From positions 1,612,001 to 1,676,000 of the forward strand of contig CP128817.1 of NCBI GenBank assembly GCA_051546255.1: a stretch of 64,000 nucleotides of DNA, in the 5' to 3' direction. Of the stretch, positions 28,294 through 39,451 are shown piece after piece. How positions within the stretch are numbered: position 1 is the stretch's first letter; every line of letters begins with the position of its first letter. The notes beneath the pieces are model-generated. The model saw only the letters and a list, made by a program, of their open reading frames with translations, did not search any database and had not been told where the DNA came from. The stretch comes from Meyerozyma guilliermondii (Eukaryota). The position numbers and the translations under genes were made by a program.

Positions 28294-29448
28294 ATGACCA
28301 CGCTCGATGAAATTGTGGGTAATTCGAGGGCCTTGATACAAACGGCTCAGACAGAGGAGGCATTGGCCTACTTGACTCCGTTTTTGGAACAATTTGCAAA
28401 AGATGTGACTTTTCTTCAAGTTTATGGAGAAGCACTCTTGGAGAACAACAACCTTGAAACTGGCTTTGAAGTGTTATCTCAAGCCTGTAGTTTGGATCCT
28501 GATGCTTTGAAAGGTACAGAAAAGTTCTTTTATGTCGGCCAGATTATAGGTGGCTCCGATGGTCTTCAATACTTGGATGTCAGTCTTCGTCGACTCGAGC
28601 AGCAGATCGAAGAAGTCAACAACAACAACACAACCAGCATAGTAAACGCAGCAGATTACGGATCCAAGGATGATATACTAGCATATTTGATCAAGAAAAT
28701 GAACCAGGGAATCTTTGCCAAGATCGAAATTTGGATGACAGATTTGTGTATGGAAGAAGAGGCAGAGACTCAATGTGATCAACTTATCAACTACTCCTTG
28801 TCACTTGATGGGGAGAACCCGGAAGCCCTTTCTTTGCTTTCTTCTATCCGAATCTCTCAGCAGCGGCCCGAGGATGCTAAGCAAGCATTGGTGAAATCTT
28901 GGGATCTTTTTAACGTTAAAAAGCAGAAACTTGAAGAGTCTGCTAATTCCAAAGCTGACAAGCAAGAGGACGCTACAGACGTTGGGTTGGAGTACGTTGA
29001 GCTTATCCAGCCTCTCATGACCGTTGCAAGGTTTGCAATTGAGTTAGAGTTGTATGATTTAGCCATCACTGTGGCATCGAATATTCAAGATATCAATGAA
29101 GATGCTCTTGAAACTTACTACTACGAAGCGCTAGCAAATCTTTTCAGTGCTAAGAAGGTATATGCTACCAAGCAGAACATCAATGAGGATTATAGAGACG
29201 TCGAGGTCCGAGATATAATCGACTTTGACGACCAGGATGTCAAGAACCATATTGCCGAGGCCAAGTCTTCTTTGGTACAAGGTTACAAAATCATCAACAG
29301 CGACGGGCTAGATGCCGACCCCGAATTGGTGGAACAAGTAAACGTACTCCTTAACGAATTGGGAGGTGCCTCGACGGCAGATTTGATGCCTCGCCGTGAC
29401 GAGGAGGAAGAAGGTTGGGAAGATGAAATTGTGCTGGACCTGGATTGA
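28294..29448 (+). CDS. ACL4: Assembly chaperone of Rpl4 (TPR protein)
   Basis: KFFYVGQIIGG; IEIWMTDLCMEEEAETQC; EALSLLSSIRISQQR; acidic tail. ATG at 28294. Confidence 0.88.
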   Translation: MTTLDEIVGNSRALIQTAQTEEALAYLTPFLEQFAKDVTFLQVYGEALLENNNLETGFEVLSQACSLDPDALKGTEKFFYVGQIIGGSDGLQYLDVSLRRLEQQIEEVNNNNTTSIVNAADYGSKDDILAYLIKKMNQGIFAKIEIWMTDLCMEEEAETQCDQLINYSLSLDGENPEALSLLSSIRISQQRPEDAKQALVKSWDLFNVKKQKLEESANSKADKQEDATDVGLEYVELIQPLMTVARFAIELELYDLAITVASNIQDINEDALETYYYEALANLFSAKKVYATKQNINEDYRDVEVRDIIDFDDQDVKNHIAEAKSSLVQGYKIINSDGLDADPELVEQVNVLLNELGGASTADLMPRRDEEEEGWEDEIVLDLD

Positions 29449-29454
29449 GCATGC

Positions 29455-31725
29455 TTAAGCGTCGCCATTCTTGGCCAAATCTTTTGGTGTCATAATGTTG
29501 GAAATGTCCTTGAAATACTCGTTATCTAAAACGTCTTGCAGAACCAAATCCATGTAGTTGTCGTAATAATCCCAGAAATTGGGCAAGTCTCTCTCAAAAA
29601 CTTTTCCCTGTTGTTCGTCACTCAAGGCAGAGCCCACATTGAACAGAGAAGGGTTATCCACACCAGCAGGAGACTCCAAGAGTGAACGCTGAGTCATTGG
29701 TGAAGTTTTATTCATACGCTCATTGGACGGAGTTCCATTGATTCTGAGGGAAGATTTGAACTCGCCTGGCGTGCCAGCCAACCTTGGACGTTTGGAGGAA
29801 TGTGTACTATCGTCGTCTTTCCTATGTCCTACCCGATAGTTGAGGTCTCTAAGAAATTCACGGGATAATTTGCACATTTCATCCACGACCCAACTGGTAG
29901 AAGCATATGCTTCGAGAGCCTGAATAACGTCGTTTGCCGACATGTCAAAGCCAGTGTTAGCTTCGTCGTACGCAGACCCATAAGAAATGATTCTTGAAGC
30001 TTCTCGCTTCAAACAGACTCCCAAAGCAAGAAACAAACAGAACGGAATCATAGGAATGTTGACAATGAAATCAGGCTTGATTTTGGAGTGGTACCAAAAG
30101 ATATTGTACGCAGCTTCACTTGCAGAGCCGGCGAGTCCATCTCTGGTTTCTGATGGGTCATCAAGCTTTGCTTTCAAGGCTATCATTAACACGGCATTGT
30201 TCCACATTCTAAGCATGTAGTAAACTGTATCTTCCACATAGAGACCTGGACTCAAGTCCTCAAACTTGTACTTTCCCACAGGAAACCGGTAGAGTCTTTC
30301 TTGGATTCCAGCCTCTACATTTGAGCGTTCCTTGCGACACAAATCAAGCTCCTGTTCTTGAAACTCTTGAACGTTGAATAAACGAGACCGGTAGCGAAAT
30401 TCGTCACTGTTTACCGATACAGTATCTTGGTACGGCCGGTACACGGCAAAGTTCATGAGCTCAAAGTTTTTTGCAGCCTGAACCAATTTCAAGAGTGCAA
30501 TATTCTTATACGGAGGGTCAACATTAAAGTCTAATTCTTGAATGAAAACAGCACGAGAATTGACGGCAGCATTGATACGGTCAAGAATAAAGCAAATCCA
30601 CCAGAGATTTGTAGAGTATTCAACCAATTCTGGAGGTAAGTCGTTATTTTGGCGCTTCATGTGAATTCCCAAAGAATGGGATAAAGATAAAGCGGAAACC
30701 AAATCTTGAGACGTTTGCTCACCACTGACTTTGTCTGTTCCTAGCTGCATGGTAAGCATCAATAATACAACGAGACGAGTAAGTCTATTATAATCTCCAA
30801 TTGTAGGGAGCACAACGAGAAGCTGTCTGATTTTAAGGTCCAAATCAATAATAAATTCCAAATGTGCTTCGTTATACGATTCATCGCTCATGTCGGAGAT
30901 CTTCTCAGCTCGCATGAAGATCTCTCTTAATATGGGTTTGGCCATGTTGTCTCGCAGTATCAAAAGAACCATCGCAAAGATGTATACCGTCTGCACATTT
31001 CCTTGTCGATATTCGTCCCAGAACATCTTTTCTATAACGTACGGGAAAATGGAGTTGATCTTGAAAAAAAATAGCTGAAGTAGACGTTTTTCTTCATGGG
31101 GTTCAATAGGAAAGTACGGATTTCGAAGCGTAAACCCATTGATAGAAGTGAGATAATTTAATAGGTGCCTGTTACGGTCTTTATACCTTCGCATAGCCAT
31201 GATTTTAGTCAGTGTCTTCTCTGGTTTTCTTATAAAAACACCTGATTGGCGCCATGCTTTAGTTTCATTAGAATCACCCGATAAAATGGCTTCCGGGTGG
31301 TTATGATACATGAATGTATACTTTGAAACACTGTCATCTCGAGAGAGATTAAAGTTAAATTTTCTTTTGAGATATTCGGGTGTTAATTCAGCGTCATCGT
31401 CAAGTATCGGAGTCACAATTTTGGAGCTGGACGTAACAAGAGAAGTCTGTTCTGGTATTTCGGGTACCAGCAGTGTCATAACTGAAGGTTGAGATTTATT
31501 TTTTTGCTTGGAAATAGGTTCTGGAGTCTGCCGTTTGGAAGTAGTCTCCTCTTTTTCTTCGAGGTCACAAACCCAGCCGTGGTTTTGACAGTTCACACAT
31601 GAAAGTCTGCGAGACCCATCTGTCACACTCTCGCATTTGACTCGTTTCAAACGGCAGTTTTGACAGCAGTGAAAAGCTCGTTTTCTTGTCATATAGTTGG
31701 TATCAAACGCAGGGAAAACAAACAT
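29455..31725 (-). CDS. Zn2Cys6 transcription factor with fungal middle-homology region (unassigned)
   Basis: CQNCRLKRVKC-x11-CVNCQNHGWVC; FFFKINSIFPYV; LGIH...LWWICFILDR. Start could be 31725 or 31692. Confidence 0.85.
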   Translation of the reverse strand: MFVFPAFDTNYMTRKRAFHCCQNCRLKRVKCESVTDGSRRLSCVNCQNHGWVCDLEEKEETTSKRQTPEPISKQKNKSQPSVMTLLVPEIPEQTSLVTSSSKIVTPILDDDAELTPEYLKRKFNFNLSRDDSVSKYTFMYHNHPEAILSGDSNETKAWRQSGVFIRKPEKTLTKIMAMRRYKDRNRHLLNYLTSINGFTLRNPYFPIEPHEEKRLLQLFFFKINSIFPYVIEKMFWDEYRQGNVQTVYIFAMVLLILRDNMAKPILREIFMRAEKISDMSDESYNEAHLEFIIDLDLKIRQLLVVLPTIGDYNRLTRLVVLLMLTMQLGTDKVSGEQTSQDLVSALSLSHSLGIHMKRQNNDLPPELVEYSTNLWWICFILDRINAAVNSRAVFIQELDFNVDPPYKNIALLKLVQAAKNFELMNFAVYRPYQDTVSVNSDEFRYRSRLFNVQEFQEQELDLCRKERSNVEAGIQERLYRFPVGKYKFEDLSPGLYVEDTVYYMLRMWNNAVLMIALKAKLDDPSETRDGLAGSASEAAYNIFWYHSKIKPDFIVNIPMIPFCLFLALGVCLKREASRIISYGSAYDEANTGFDMSANDVIQALEAYASTSWVVDEMCKLSREFLRDLNYRVGHRKDDDSTHSSKRPRLAGTPGEFKSSLRINGTPSNERMNKTSPMTQRSLLESPAGVDNPSLFNVGSALSDEQQGKVFERDLPNFWDYYDNYMDLVLQDVLDNEYFKDISNIMTPKDLAKNGDA

Positions 31726-32101
31726 TTTATGTAATTCTTGGGGATCTATTCTGTTCTAGTAGTGGCTTCTCTATAATTCAGCCTGTTTTGTGGACCTGAA
31801 AATGTTTACTGCTTGCAAGGTTCACCCTCAACAACGGCTGCAACTAACAATTTTTATAGATCTCGCCAAACTCTTTTTGTGCGCCTGCATATTTCCCCAT
31901 ACCCCACACTCCGAACTCCCGAGATTCAAAGCGAAAGAGGTTGGTAAAAAAGGCTGTTCACGAGACTGACCCCCAAGAGCATTGCATTGGCTCGACCAAA
32001 GAGACACTAAAATCGTGGTCTTTTTTTACTCCGATGATTCAACCATAATGGTATCCTGCACGCAGCCTCAACTAGCTGCGAGATAATCTTTCAGCCAAGT
32101 A

Positions 32102-32782
32102 ATGACATCCAATCATAGACCCACTTTGGAGAGTAAGCGAGGAAAGGTATTGGAGATCCTGGACTCTATTGCGCATTCTCGTGCACTTCCGCTGCAGACA
32201 AAGCTCAAAACGAGAAAAGATGGTGGAAAAAATGTAGATTATTATGCCGCTGCTCGAAGTTTGCGTAAAGATAACGACATGAAATCCAAGTTGGAAACTT
32301 CAGAGGAACCAAAACTTGTACGAGACGTATCAGAGGAACTAGAGAGCAAACCTGAAGACTTAAAGGCTATTAAAGAACGAAATAGTGACGATGATCAATC
32401 AGATGAAGAACATAAAATTTCAGACCACAAAGATGACAATAATGAAAGTAACGACAAAAGCAAAGGTGACAGTGAAGGTGGTAGTAGTGACAGCGATGAT
32501 AGTGACGATGACGAAACAGAACAGTTAATGGCCGAATTGGCGAAAATCAAGCAGGAACGAGAAGAGGAAAAGTTGCGAAAACAGAAGGAAGAACATGAAA
32601 AGGCAGATTCAACGATGCAGAAAAATCCTCTTTTGAACTCATTCAAAGTTAGCAAAAGTTGGCGTTCGGCCAAAAAGTTCAACAATTCCAAACAGCTTCA
32701 ACGCTCAGAAGACGAAACGTTCACCAGCAGCACCGTTGACTCCGAATTTCATCAATATTTTCTTAACAAATACATACGGTAA
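32102..32782 (+). CDS. CWC15: Splicing factor Cwc15
   Basis: MTSNHRPTLESKRG...HSRALP..TKLKTR; DETEQLMAELAKIKQER; NPLL; SEFHQYFLNKYIR. Confidence 0.92.
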   Translation: MTSNHRPTLESKRGKVLEILDSIAHSRALPLQTKLKTRKDGGKNVDYYAAARSLRKDNDMKSKLETSEEPKLVRDVSEELESKPEDLKAIKERNSDDDQSDEEHKISDHKDDNNESNDKSKGDSEGGSSDSDDSDDDETEQLMAELAKIKQEREEEKLRKQKEEHEKADSTMQKNPLLNSFKVSKSWRSAKKFNNSKQLQRSEDETFTSSTVDSEFHQYFLNKYIR

Positions 32783-32857
32783 GATCAAACATACTAATGA
32801 TTTCCATCCCGATCTAGTAATACATAAGGTTTTAATACAGGCATCTGCTTTGTTCTC

Positions 32858-35800
32858 TTAAACTTCGATCTCACTTTGAGATATCCTGGCATTAAGATTA
32901 GCAATCTCCTCTCTAAGACTGGCCTCTTCTACCGACTTCACCAACTCCTTGGTACACTTGGCAATATCAAACGATATGCCTGCAAGTCTTTGCTTGAAGT
33001 TTTTGTCCGCAAAATTGCTATCGGCCTTGTCAGAGTTTGGACGACATAAAATATTCATTCTATGATTGCAATCTTCCAAGCTCGTGACAACCCACTTACC
33101 GTGCTCCTTCAATTGAGCATTTCTAGTTTGGTTCATGGAAGTGTTGGTGGCCTCAGTCATTTGAGATATGACCTCTGTGATGGCTTGCGACTTTTCTCTC
33201 AATTCGCCTCTAGTAGCATTTGGTTTCTTGATGGCTGATAATAATGATTGAATGGTGGAAATAACTTGAACGGTTTGATGCTCAAGATAGAGTAACACTT
33301 GCGTTAACGTGTTGTCAGGATCATCTATATCGAACAAATCAACGTTAAATGTTGCAGCAGCCATCGATTTTCGATACTCTTGGCGTTCCCTAGCCTGTTT
33401 TGAATCTTCATCTTCTGAATCTTCTTCTTCGGTGTACTCTTCTTCTGAACCTTGCTGTGCTGGTGGGTGCTCGATAGTTTCAACTGTATTTGAATAGTTC
33501 ACTCTCTTTGGCTTGTCTTCCCTGGGTTGCTCAACTGGTACGATATTCACAGCTTGCTTGTGCATGTTCATTAAAGAAGCCTGAGTTGGTTGCTCGATCA
33601 TAGTTGAGTCGGCAGATTCGACATTTTTCCTTCGAATGTCTTCTTTGGTGGAGCCATTTGTTGCCTCAGCTTCATCCACAGGGAGCGCACGAGGCTCCTC
33701 TTTGAGGTCAACTGCAACCGGAATTGTTATTTTCTTTGGTGCTTCTTCGAGCTTTACAGTCTGATCGGAGGTGCCCTCAGCAGGAACGAATCGATCTCTA
33801 ATAGACAGAAACATTCCTTTTTCCTTGGAAGGTACAGGTGCATCCTTCAGCTCTGTGTTCGAGGGTTCGGTATTGAGTCTCTCACGAAGACTTTGGAAAA
33901 TGCCTTTGCCTTTTGGCGCTCCTACGGTTGTCGCAGTCGTGCTGATAGTTGTTCCAATAGGCTCTTCTGGTTCCGCATTCAAATCATCTATGTCTGCCTG
34001 TCCACTAGCAGCATCAAAGCTTTCTTTCGAGTGACGAGCTTTGGAGATAGACTCATTGGCATTCGATTCTTCGACATTCAAATTTTTGGAGTCTATTTCT
34101 CTGGCATTCGTTATATCGATATTCGAGTCTTTGGCATTCAAATTCTTCAAATTCGTTTCCCTGGCATTAGTTTTTTCCATATTCGAGTCGTTGGTATTCA
34201 ATTCTCCGACATTCAAGTCTTTGGCATTCGAGTCTTTGGTATTCAATTCTTTGGCATTCGAGTCTTTGGCGTACGAGTCTTTAGCATTTAAGTCTCTTGC
34301 ATTAGAGTCTGTTGCGTTTGAGTCTCTTACATTCGAATCTTTGACATTGAGCTGATTCTTGGCCCTTGACTCCTCGACATTCAAATCTTTAGCATACGAA
34401 TCCTTGACATATGATTCTTTGGAACTTGAATCTTTTCCATTCGACTGATCAGGTGGGCTGCTAAACATTCTCACGCGGTCAAGTATGTTTTTGGCCCTCG
34501 TAGGTGTAGAATGATTTGACAGGTTGTTGCTTATGGGACTCGCTGGAATGTTGCGTGAAGTAACTGGTTGGCGTGTCGTTTGAGGAGAGAGAGGGGAGCG
34601 GCTGTTGTCATTCAAGCCTGAAAGCTTTCTTGTTCCATTCTGCAACCCATCGGGAACATGGCCCAGTGTTAAGGACGAGGACCGCTCAGGTACCTCTGAC
34701 TCTCTGGGTTTCCCGATTTGTATCTCTTTCAACTTGTTTGCCATGCGCAAAGGACGAACTCCTGAATTGATTTCATCCTTCTTTGACCCAGCGTCTGCTT
34801 CCTTCCGATTAGGAACAGCGTCAGATTTGATTTTGCAAACTGCTAACAAGTCGCATACGGCAAAGCTGAGTTCGCCCAATGCACGTTCGATGACAACCTT
34901 TGGAAATAACGTAGAGTATACCGCATGATACCTAGCAGTGGTCAAGCAGTAGCTGATGGACTCCCTGAGGAAGATCGATTGCTCGTTACTATTCAAGAGA
35001 TGATCGTCTCCATCGGTAGCTATTTTATTGGCAGTGATGGCCAATTGAGATACCATTTCGAAATACAGATCGGGTTCCAATGCTTCCTTATCAACCGCCG
35101 TTATCAACGACTCAAGCTGAGCATAAAATTTGGAGATGGAAGAAGCCAGTATGAGGCCCGAAGGGGCATAAAAGTGGTTCAATTCTGGATTAGACATTGA
35201 CTTTGAAAGTAAAGAAGACACTTGGTCTGCGCGAAGCGATTCATACTTCTTTTGCCAGTATTCAGACTCCGATTTGAGTGTGCTCACAGAGGAAGCCTTG
35301 GGCACTTTAACGGGTTGTTCAAGCTTTTCCAAAATGGCTTCAAGGTCCTTCTTTACGTTGGTGTTGGTACCATGAACACTGTGGTTACCGAATGAAATAT
35401 CACGGTTCTTAGATGGCGAAGAGACATCAGAACGAGCCGACATTCTCTTGATGGATTGATTCTCTAATCGCAAAGCAGCATTGGCGGTTTTCAACGACTC
35501 CAATTCTTTGAACAAATCTGAGTTACCCAATGACTTTTCTTTTGCGGATTCAAGCTGTTTTACCCTCGACTGGTATTCTTGAAGAGAGCTTTCTAATTCT
35601 TGTTTTTGTGCCGACCACTGTGACTTCTGTTCGCTCAAATCTTCCACTTCATTGCTGAGCTGCTTGCTCTGTCTGGTGGAGTATTCGTAGTCCTCATTGA
35701 GAAGACGGTATTTCTCTTCCAACTGTTTTTTCTCCGCTTCGAGCGCCGCGAGTTTTTCTTTGAGCAGTTCAGAAGACTCGCCAATTTCCTTGGCGGAGCC

Positions 35801-36412
35801 ATTGGGAATGTCGGCGTTTACGGCACGAGCCTGTTCAGCCTTCTCCGTCACATCGTCTTCTGGTTCTTCGTCACTGGACCAGTCCATGTTGGCCTTTGTG
35901 GGGACCACCGTCTTCGACTGGAGACCAATAGACTGATTTTGCACATCGGAAACCATCGACTTTTGCGACTCATCAGGATTCAATATTTTGGAGTGGTCAA
36001 GTGAGCGGTGTTCTTGTTCATGTTCTTGCTCATGTTCACCTTCATTGGACTGAGCAGGTGCCTGTTCCGGCTGGTCGAGATCACGCCTTTCGATCTCGTA
36101 CGATATATCAGACACCAAATCCTTGAACCGTGACTGTGGAAGCGAAGAAAGCTTTTGTCTGGCTTGGTTTCGTTTGGGATGAAAAGACGATTTGGGAAGC
36201 AAGTAATCGGGTTCTCCACGAGACTCGTCGATTCTACGGCGGAGCTCGTCATATACGTCTGTGCTGAGTTCCTTAAACTGGGCGGGAGACAACTTTAAGA
36301 GCTTTTCACGGGCACGGGTGGCTCGACTAGAAGAAGTTTTGGATCGAGGAGTATCATCGGAAATATCAAGAAACTGCTTGAGCACCTTGTAATGAAGAGA
36401 CAAGTCCGACAT
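32858..36412 (-). CDS. SPA2: Polarisome scaffold Spa2
   Basis: Two GIT/SHD repeats (RAREKLLKLSPAQFKELSTDVYDELRRR; RNQARQKLSSLPQSRFKDLVSDISYEIERR), coiled coil, C-terminal SHD-V (LLYLEHQTVQVISTIQSLL...KQRLAGISFDIAKCTKELVK). Confidence 0.95.
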   Translation of the reverse strand: MSDLSLHYKVLKQFLDISDDTPRSKTSSSRATRAREKLLKLSPAQFKELSTDVYDELRRRIDESRGEPDYLLPKSSFHPKRNQARQKLSSLPQSRFKDLVSDISYEIERRDLDQPEQAPAQSNEGEHEQEHEQEHRSLDHSKILNPDESQKSMVSDVQNQSIGLQSKTVVPTKANMDWSSDEEPEDDVTEKAEQARAVNADIPNGSAKEIGESSELLKEKLAALEAEKKQLEEKYRLLNEDYEYSTRQSKQLSNEVEDLSEQKSQWSAQKQELESSLQEYQSRVKQLESAKEKSLGNSDLFKELESLKTANAALRLENQSIKRMSARSDVSSPSKNRDISFGNHSVHGTNTNVKKDLEAILEKLEQPVKVPKASSVSTLKSESEYWQKKYESLRADQVSSLLSKSMSNPELNHFYAPSGLILASSISKFYAQLESLITAVDKEALEPDLYFEMVSQLAITANKIATDGDDHLLNSNEQSIFLRESISYCLTTARYHAVYSTLFPKVVIERALGELSFAVCDLLAVCKIKSDAVPNRKEADAGSKKDEINSGVRPLRMANKLKEIQIGKPRESEVPERSSSLTLGHVPDGLQNGTRKLSGLNDNSRSPLSPQTTRQPVTSRNIPASPISNNLSNHSTPTRAKNILDRVRMFSSPPDQSNGKDSSSKESYVKDSYAKDLNVEESRAKNQLNVKDSNVRDSNATDSNARDLNAKDSYAKDSNAKELNTKDSNAKDLNVGELNTNDSNMEKTNARETNLKNLNAKDSNIDITNAREIDSKNLNVEESNANESISKARHSKESFDAASGQADIDDLNAEPEEPIGTTISTTATTVGAPKGKGIFQSLRERLNTEPSNTELKDAPVPSKEKGMFLSIRDRFVPAEGTSDQTVKLEEAPKKITIPVAVDLKEEPRALPVDEAEATNGSTKEDIRRKNVESADSTMIEQPTQASLMNMHKQAVNIVPVEQPREDKPKRVNYSNTVETIEHPPAQQGSEEEYTEEEDSEDEDSKQARERQEYRKSMAAATFNVDLFDIDDPDNTLTQVLLYLEHQTVQVISTIQSLLSAIKKPNATRGELREKSQAITEVISQMTEATNTSMNQTRNAQLKEHGKWVVTSLEDCNHRMNILCRPNSDKADSNFADKNFKQRLAGISFDIAKCTKELVKSVEEASLREEIANLNARISQSEIEV
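34045..34437 (-). repeat. Coding minisatellite, 15-nt period (about 26 units), consensus AAAGACTCGAATGCC = KDSNA
   Basis: KDSSS KESYV KDSYA KDLNV EESRA KNQLNV KDSNV RDSNA TDSNA RDLNA KDSYA KDSNA KELNT KDSNA KDLNV GELNT NDSNM EKTNA RETNL KNLNA KDSNI DITNA REIDS KNLNV EESNA NESIS. Confidence 0.9.
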
Positions 36413-36969
36413 GGTGCCGGCGTCTTAATGGGATGGGTTGTGGAAGCTTGGGTGGGTGTTATTGAATGTGGTTTTGAAGCTCGCAAATCACGAACAAAAA
36501 AAAGACACGCGCGTTTGTGTAAGATTTTAGGGAGATGAAGAAGATTACGACTTTTTGAAAAACGCCAAAAACTTGGAAGGAGGTGGTATATAGATGCTAT
36601 ATAGGAGCTGTAGATTTCGTATATACCGTGATGGAGCCGGTTTTTGTCGTTTCGAATTCGTTTGACTATGCCTCAACCGCGTCACAGATCTGAGGGAAGG
36701 GCTTGGACGCAGGAACGGAGTTGGTGGGGAAGAAGTGTGGGAGTCGTAATTAACACAATATGGAGACGTTGAGGTGAGGAATGGTTAAAAGTGGAGTTGC
36801 GTGTTGAAGCGTTTGAATTGTTCTTTTTTGCTTTTTGGACTTAGTATCAACTTTTGGTTACTCTTCTCTCATCTTCATACGACTCTCGTTCTTTCTACTA
36901 TCTTCTTTCATTTCTTTGTTTTCCTACAATCTTCCTTCTTTTTTCTTCCTTCTTCTTCCTTCATCTCTC

Positions 36970-37662
36970 TCATGCTCTATTTACATTTTCCACCACGCTG
37001 GCACTGATCTCCTCGAGTGACGGCGATGCCTTCATCAACTTCTCCAGTATAAACTCCTCGGCCACAGTCTTGCCGTGGGTGAACGTCACAGCCCCAATCA
37101 ACGCATACATCATCTGTGCACTCACCTTCATCTCGCCACTGGCCTCAAACCCAAGCGAGTGGTTATAGGACTTCCAGAAGAGCACCTGGTTCAACTTGTG
37201 GCTCTTGGCAAAAAGCCCTAATGCTAGCCTTCCTGCCAACTCCTTGGCCATGGGGGACCCCAACACGTCGACGTTCTTGCCGTCGATGGCGTTTTCGTTG
37301 GCGGTAGTGGGGGTATCGGTGGTGTATTTGGCACAGTAAAGGTTCAACACCTTCAGACCCATGGCACTCAATTTTTCGTTGTATGGCTTGATTCCGTTAC
37401 CAAACGACTTGTGCGTTAAAACCTGCAACGCCAACTCGTCGGAGATCGCATATTTATCGTCCAAGAATTGTTTTATTGGCCGCAAATTGTCGGCATTTTC
37501 GCCGTATTTGTGTGCTGTGAACGTGGTAAAAACTTCGTCGGGGTCACGCTTCAAACCGCTTACTCGTGGTCCCTTATGCAAGTACAAGTGCCTGGCAGGG
37601 CAGGAAGCTCGAAAAATCGGCGAAATCACCCGCCATTTTCCCCCTACAAATCGTATACTCAT
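36970..37662 (-). CDS. MRPL15: Mitochondrial ribosomal protein mL57 (RNase III-like)
   Basis: Presequence-like N-terminus; [45 protein letters not shown] at 37662. Confidence 0.88.
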   Translation of the reverse strand: MSIRFVGGKWRVISPIFRASCPARHLYLHKGPRVSGLKRDPDEVFTTFTAHKYGENADNLRPIKQFLDDKYAISDELALQVLTHKSFGNGIKPYNEKLSAMGLKVLNLYCAKYTTDTPTTANENAIDGKNVDVLGSPMAKELAGRLALGLFAKSHKLNQVLFWKSYNHSLGFEASGEMKVSAQMMYALIGAVTFTHGKTVAEEFILEKLMKASPSLEEISASVVENVNRA

Positions 37663-37694
37663 GGTCTCACAGCGGTCGTCTGCACAAAACTCAC

Positions 37695-37756
37695 AAATTT
37701 TCAACTGTCACTGGGTGTGCGCGCGCCTGCAGGCAAGTGCGATCGATGCTCATCGC
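37695..37756. promoter_or_regulatory. RRPE and PAC elements in the MRPL15/ROK1 divergent promoter
   Basis: AAATTTTCA at 37695-37703; GCTCATCGC at 37748-37756. Confidence 0.65.
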
Positions 37757-37777
37757 TGCTTACAACTATCACTAGAT

Positions 37778-39391
37778 ATGGACATCTTTCGAATCCTCTC
37801 GAGAGGTGCTGCTTTGAAACGGAGCTCAAATTCGGACCCTGGTGTGAAGTCAGAATCACAAAATGCCACCAAAGATAAGCAAAATTCGTTGCTTCGACAA
37901 GTGGAGAAAGAAACAGATTTCTTCAACACAAGGAAACATACAGAAGTCACCAAAGATATTGAAGACGAAGCTCAGGACGAAGCGGTTCCGCCTCCAAAGA
38001 TAACGACAGAGGAAGACGCAGCCAAGCTTAGAAAACAGAACAAAGTAAACGTTTCTGGGACAGATATTCCACTTCCTATTGGCTCTTTTGAAGACTTGAT
38101 TGCAAGATGTAATTTGAACCGAAAATTATTGGCCAACTTGATAGCTTCTGGTTACTCTGAGCCCACAGCCATTCAATGCGAGGCGATTCCAGCCTCAGCA
38201 GAGGGCCGAGACCTCATAGCTTGTGCGCCCACTGGTTCTGGTAAGACATTGGCTTATCTCATACCCATGGCTCAAGCGCTTATAAGTTCACCAAAAACCA
38301 AGAACTATGGCATAAGGGGAGTTGTAATTGCTCCCACAAACGAACTAGCAATCCAGATCTACCAAACTTTAGCACCAATGTGTCGTGGTTCCAATCTAAA
38401 TGTGACTCTCTTGTCCAAACAGGTTGCTAGCAAAATCAGCAGTTCCATTATTTCCGCTAACAAGTTTGACGTCTTAATATGTACACCCTTGCGGTTGATT
38501 GACTTGGTCAAAAAGGAACAGGTTGACTTATCCAAAGTTGAACATTTGGTGATTGACGAAGCAGACAAGCTTTTCGACCATGGCTTTGTGGAACAGACAG
38601 ACGAAATCTTGTCACATTGTACACTTCCTACTCGGAGAACGTCAATGTTCTCGGCAACCATACCCTCTGGAGTCGAAGAAATGGCCAATTCTATTATGAA
38701 AGATCAGATAAGAATCATCGTGGGACACAAAGAAGGTGCAAGTACCTCCATTGACCAAAAGCTAGTTTTTACCGGTAACGAAGAAGGAAAACTTTTGGCA
38801 ATCAGGCAGATGGTACAACAGGGTGAGTTCAAGCCTCCAATCATCATTTTCTTACAGAGTATTCCCCGAGCCAAAGCATTATTTCATGAGCTCATTTACG
38901 ACAAACTTAATGTGGAAGTTATTCATGCCGAAAGAACGCCCAAACAGAGAGAAGAAGCCATCAGAAGATTCAAGAATGGGGATGCGTGGGTGCTCATTAC
39001 CACGGATGTTTTAGCGAGAGGTGTGGATTTTAAAGGTGTGAATCTTGTGATAAATTACGATGTTCCCCAGACTTCTCAAGCCTATGTTCATCGAATTGGT
39101 AGAACTGGTCGTGGAGGCAAAGAAGGCAAGGCAGTGACCTTCTTTACCAAAGAGGATAAGTTGGCAATTAAGCCAGTTTTGAACGTTATGAAGCAAAGTG
39201 GGTGTCATGAAGGCTATAGCGAGTGGATGGAGAGTATGGAGAAACTCACGAAAAAGGAGAAACAGCAAATCAAACAGCATGAAATCAAGAGAAAGAAGAT
39301 TTCCACGGTGCCTCAAGTGGTTTCTAAAAAGAGGAAGCAGAGAAAGGAGATGATCGAGGCATCGAAAAGGAGAAAGGAAGAGACAAAGTAG
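37778..39391 (+). CDS. ROK1: DEAD-box RNA helicase Rok1 (18S rRNA processing)
   Basis: [11 protein letters not shown] start; [45 protein letters not shown]. True ATG is 37778. Confidence 0.95.
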   Translation: MDIFRILSRGAALKRSSNSDPGVKSESQNATKDKQNSLLRQVEKETDFFNTRKHTEVTKDIEDEAQDEAVPPPKITTEEDAAKLRKQNKVNVSGTDIPLPIGSFEDLIARCNLNRKLLANLIASGYSEPTAIQCEAIPASAEGRDLIACAPTGSGKTLAYLIPMAQALISSPKTKNYGIRGVVIAPTNELAIQIYQTLAPMCRGSNLNVTLLSKQVASKISSSIISANKFDVLICTPLRLIDLVKKEQVDLSKVEHLVIDEADKLFDHGFVEQTDEILSHCTLPTRRTSMFSATIPSGVEEMANSIMKDQIRIIVGHKEGASTSIDQKLVFTGNEEGKLLAIRQMVQQGEFKPPIIIFLQSIPRAKALFHELIYDKLNVEVIHAERTPKQREEAIRRFKNGDAWVLITTDVLARGVDFKGVNLVINYDVPQTSQAYVHRIGRTGRGGKEGKAVTFFTKEDKLAIKPVLNVMKQSGCHEGYSEWMESMEKLTKKEKQQIKQHEIKRKKISTVPQVVSKKRKQRKEMIEASKRRKEETK

Positions 39392-39451
39392 CTAGTAGTA
39401 TATTTCACTATAAACATCCTTAGGTCATTTTGTCGCCTCTATAACATGAAT

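Noticed and set aside
33893..34355. Repetitive antisense ORFs (IRVFGIQ, FESLAF repeats)
   Set aside because: Alternate-frame readouts of the SPA2 minisatellite.
36801..36970. Phe/Ser/Leu-rich small ORFs
   Set aside because: Products of a low-complexity pyrimidine tract in the MRPL15 3' region.
37361..37777. 139-aa N-terminal extension of Rok1 in the ORF track
   Set aside because: Antisense to MRPL15 and spans the promoter; the conserved Rok1 start MDIFR is at 37778.
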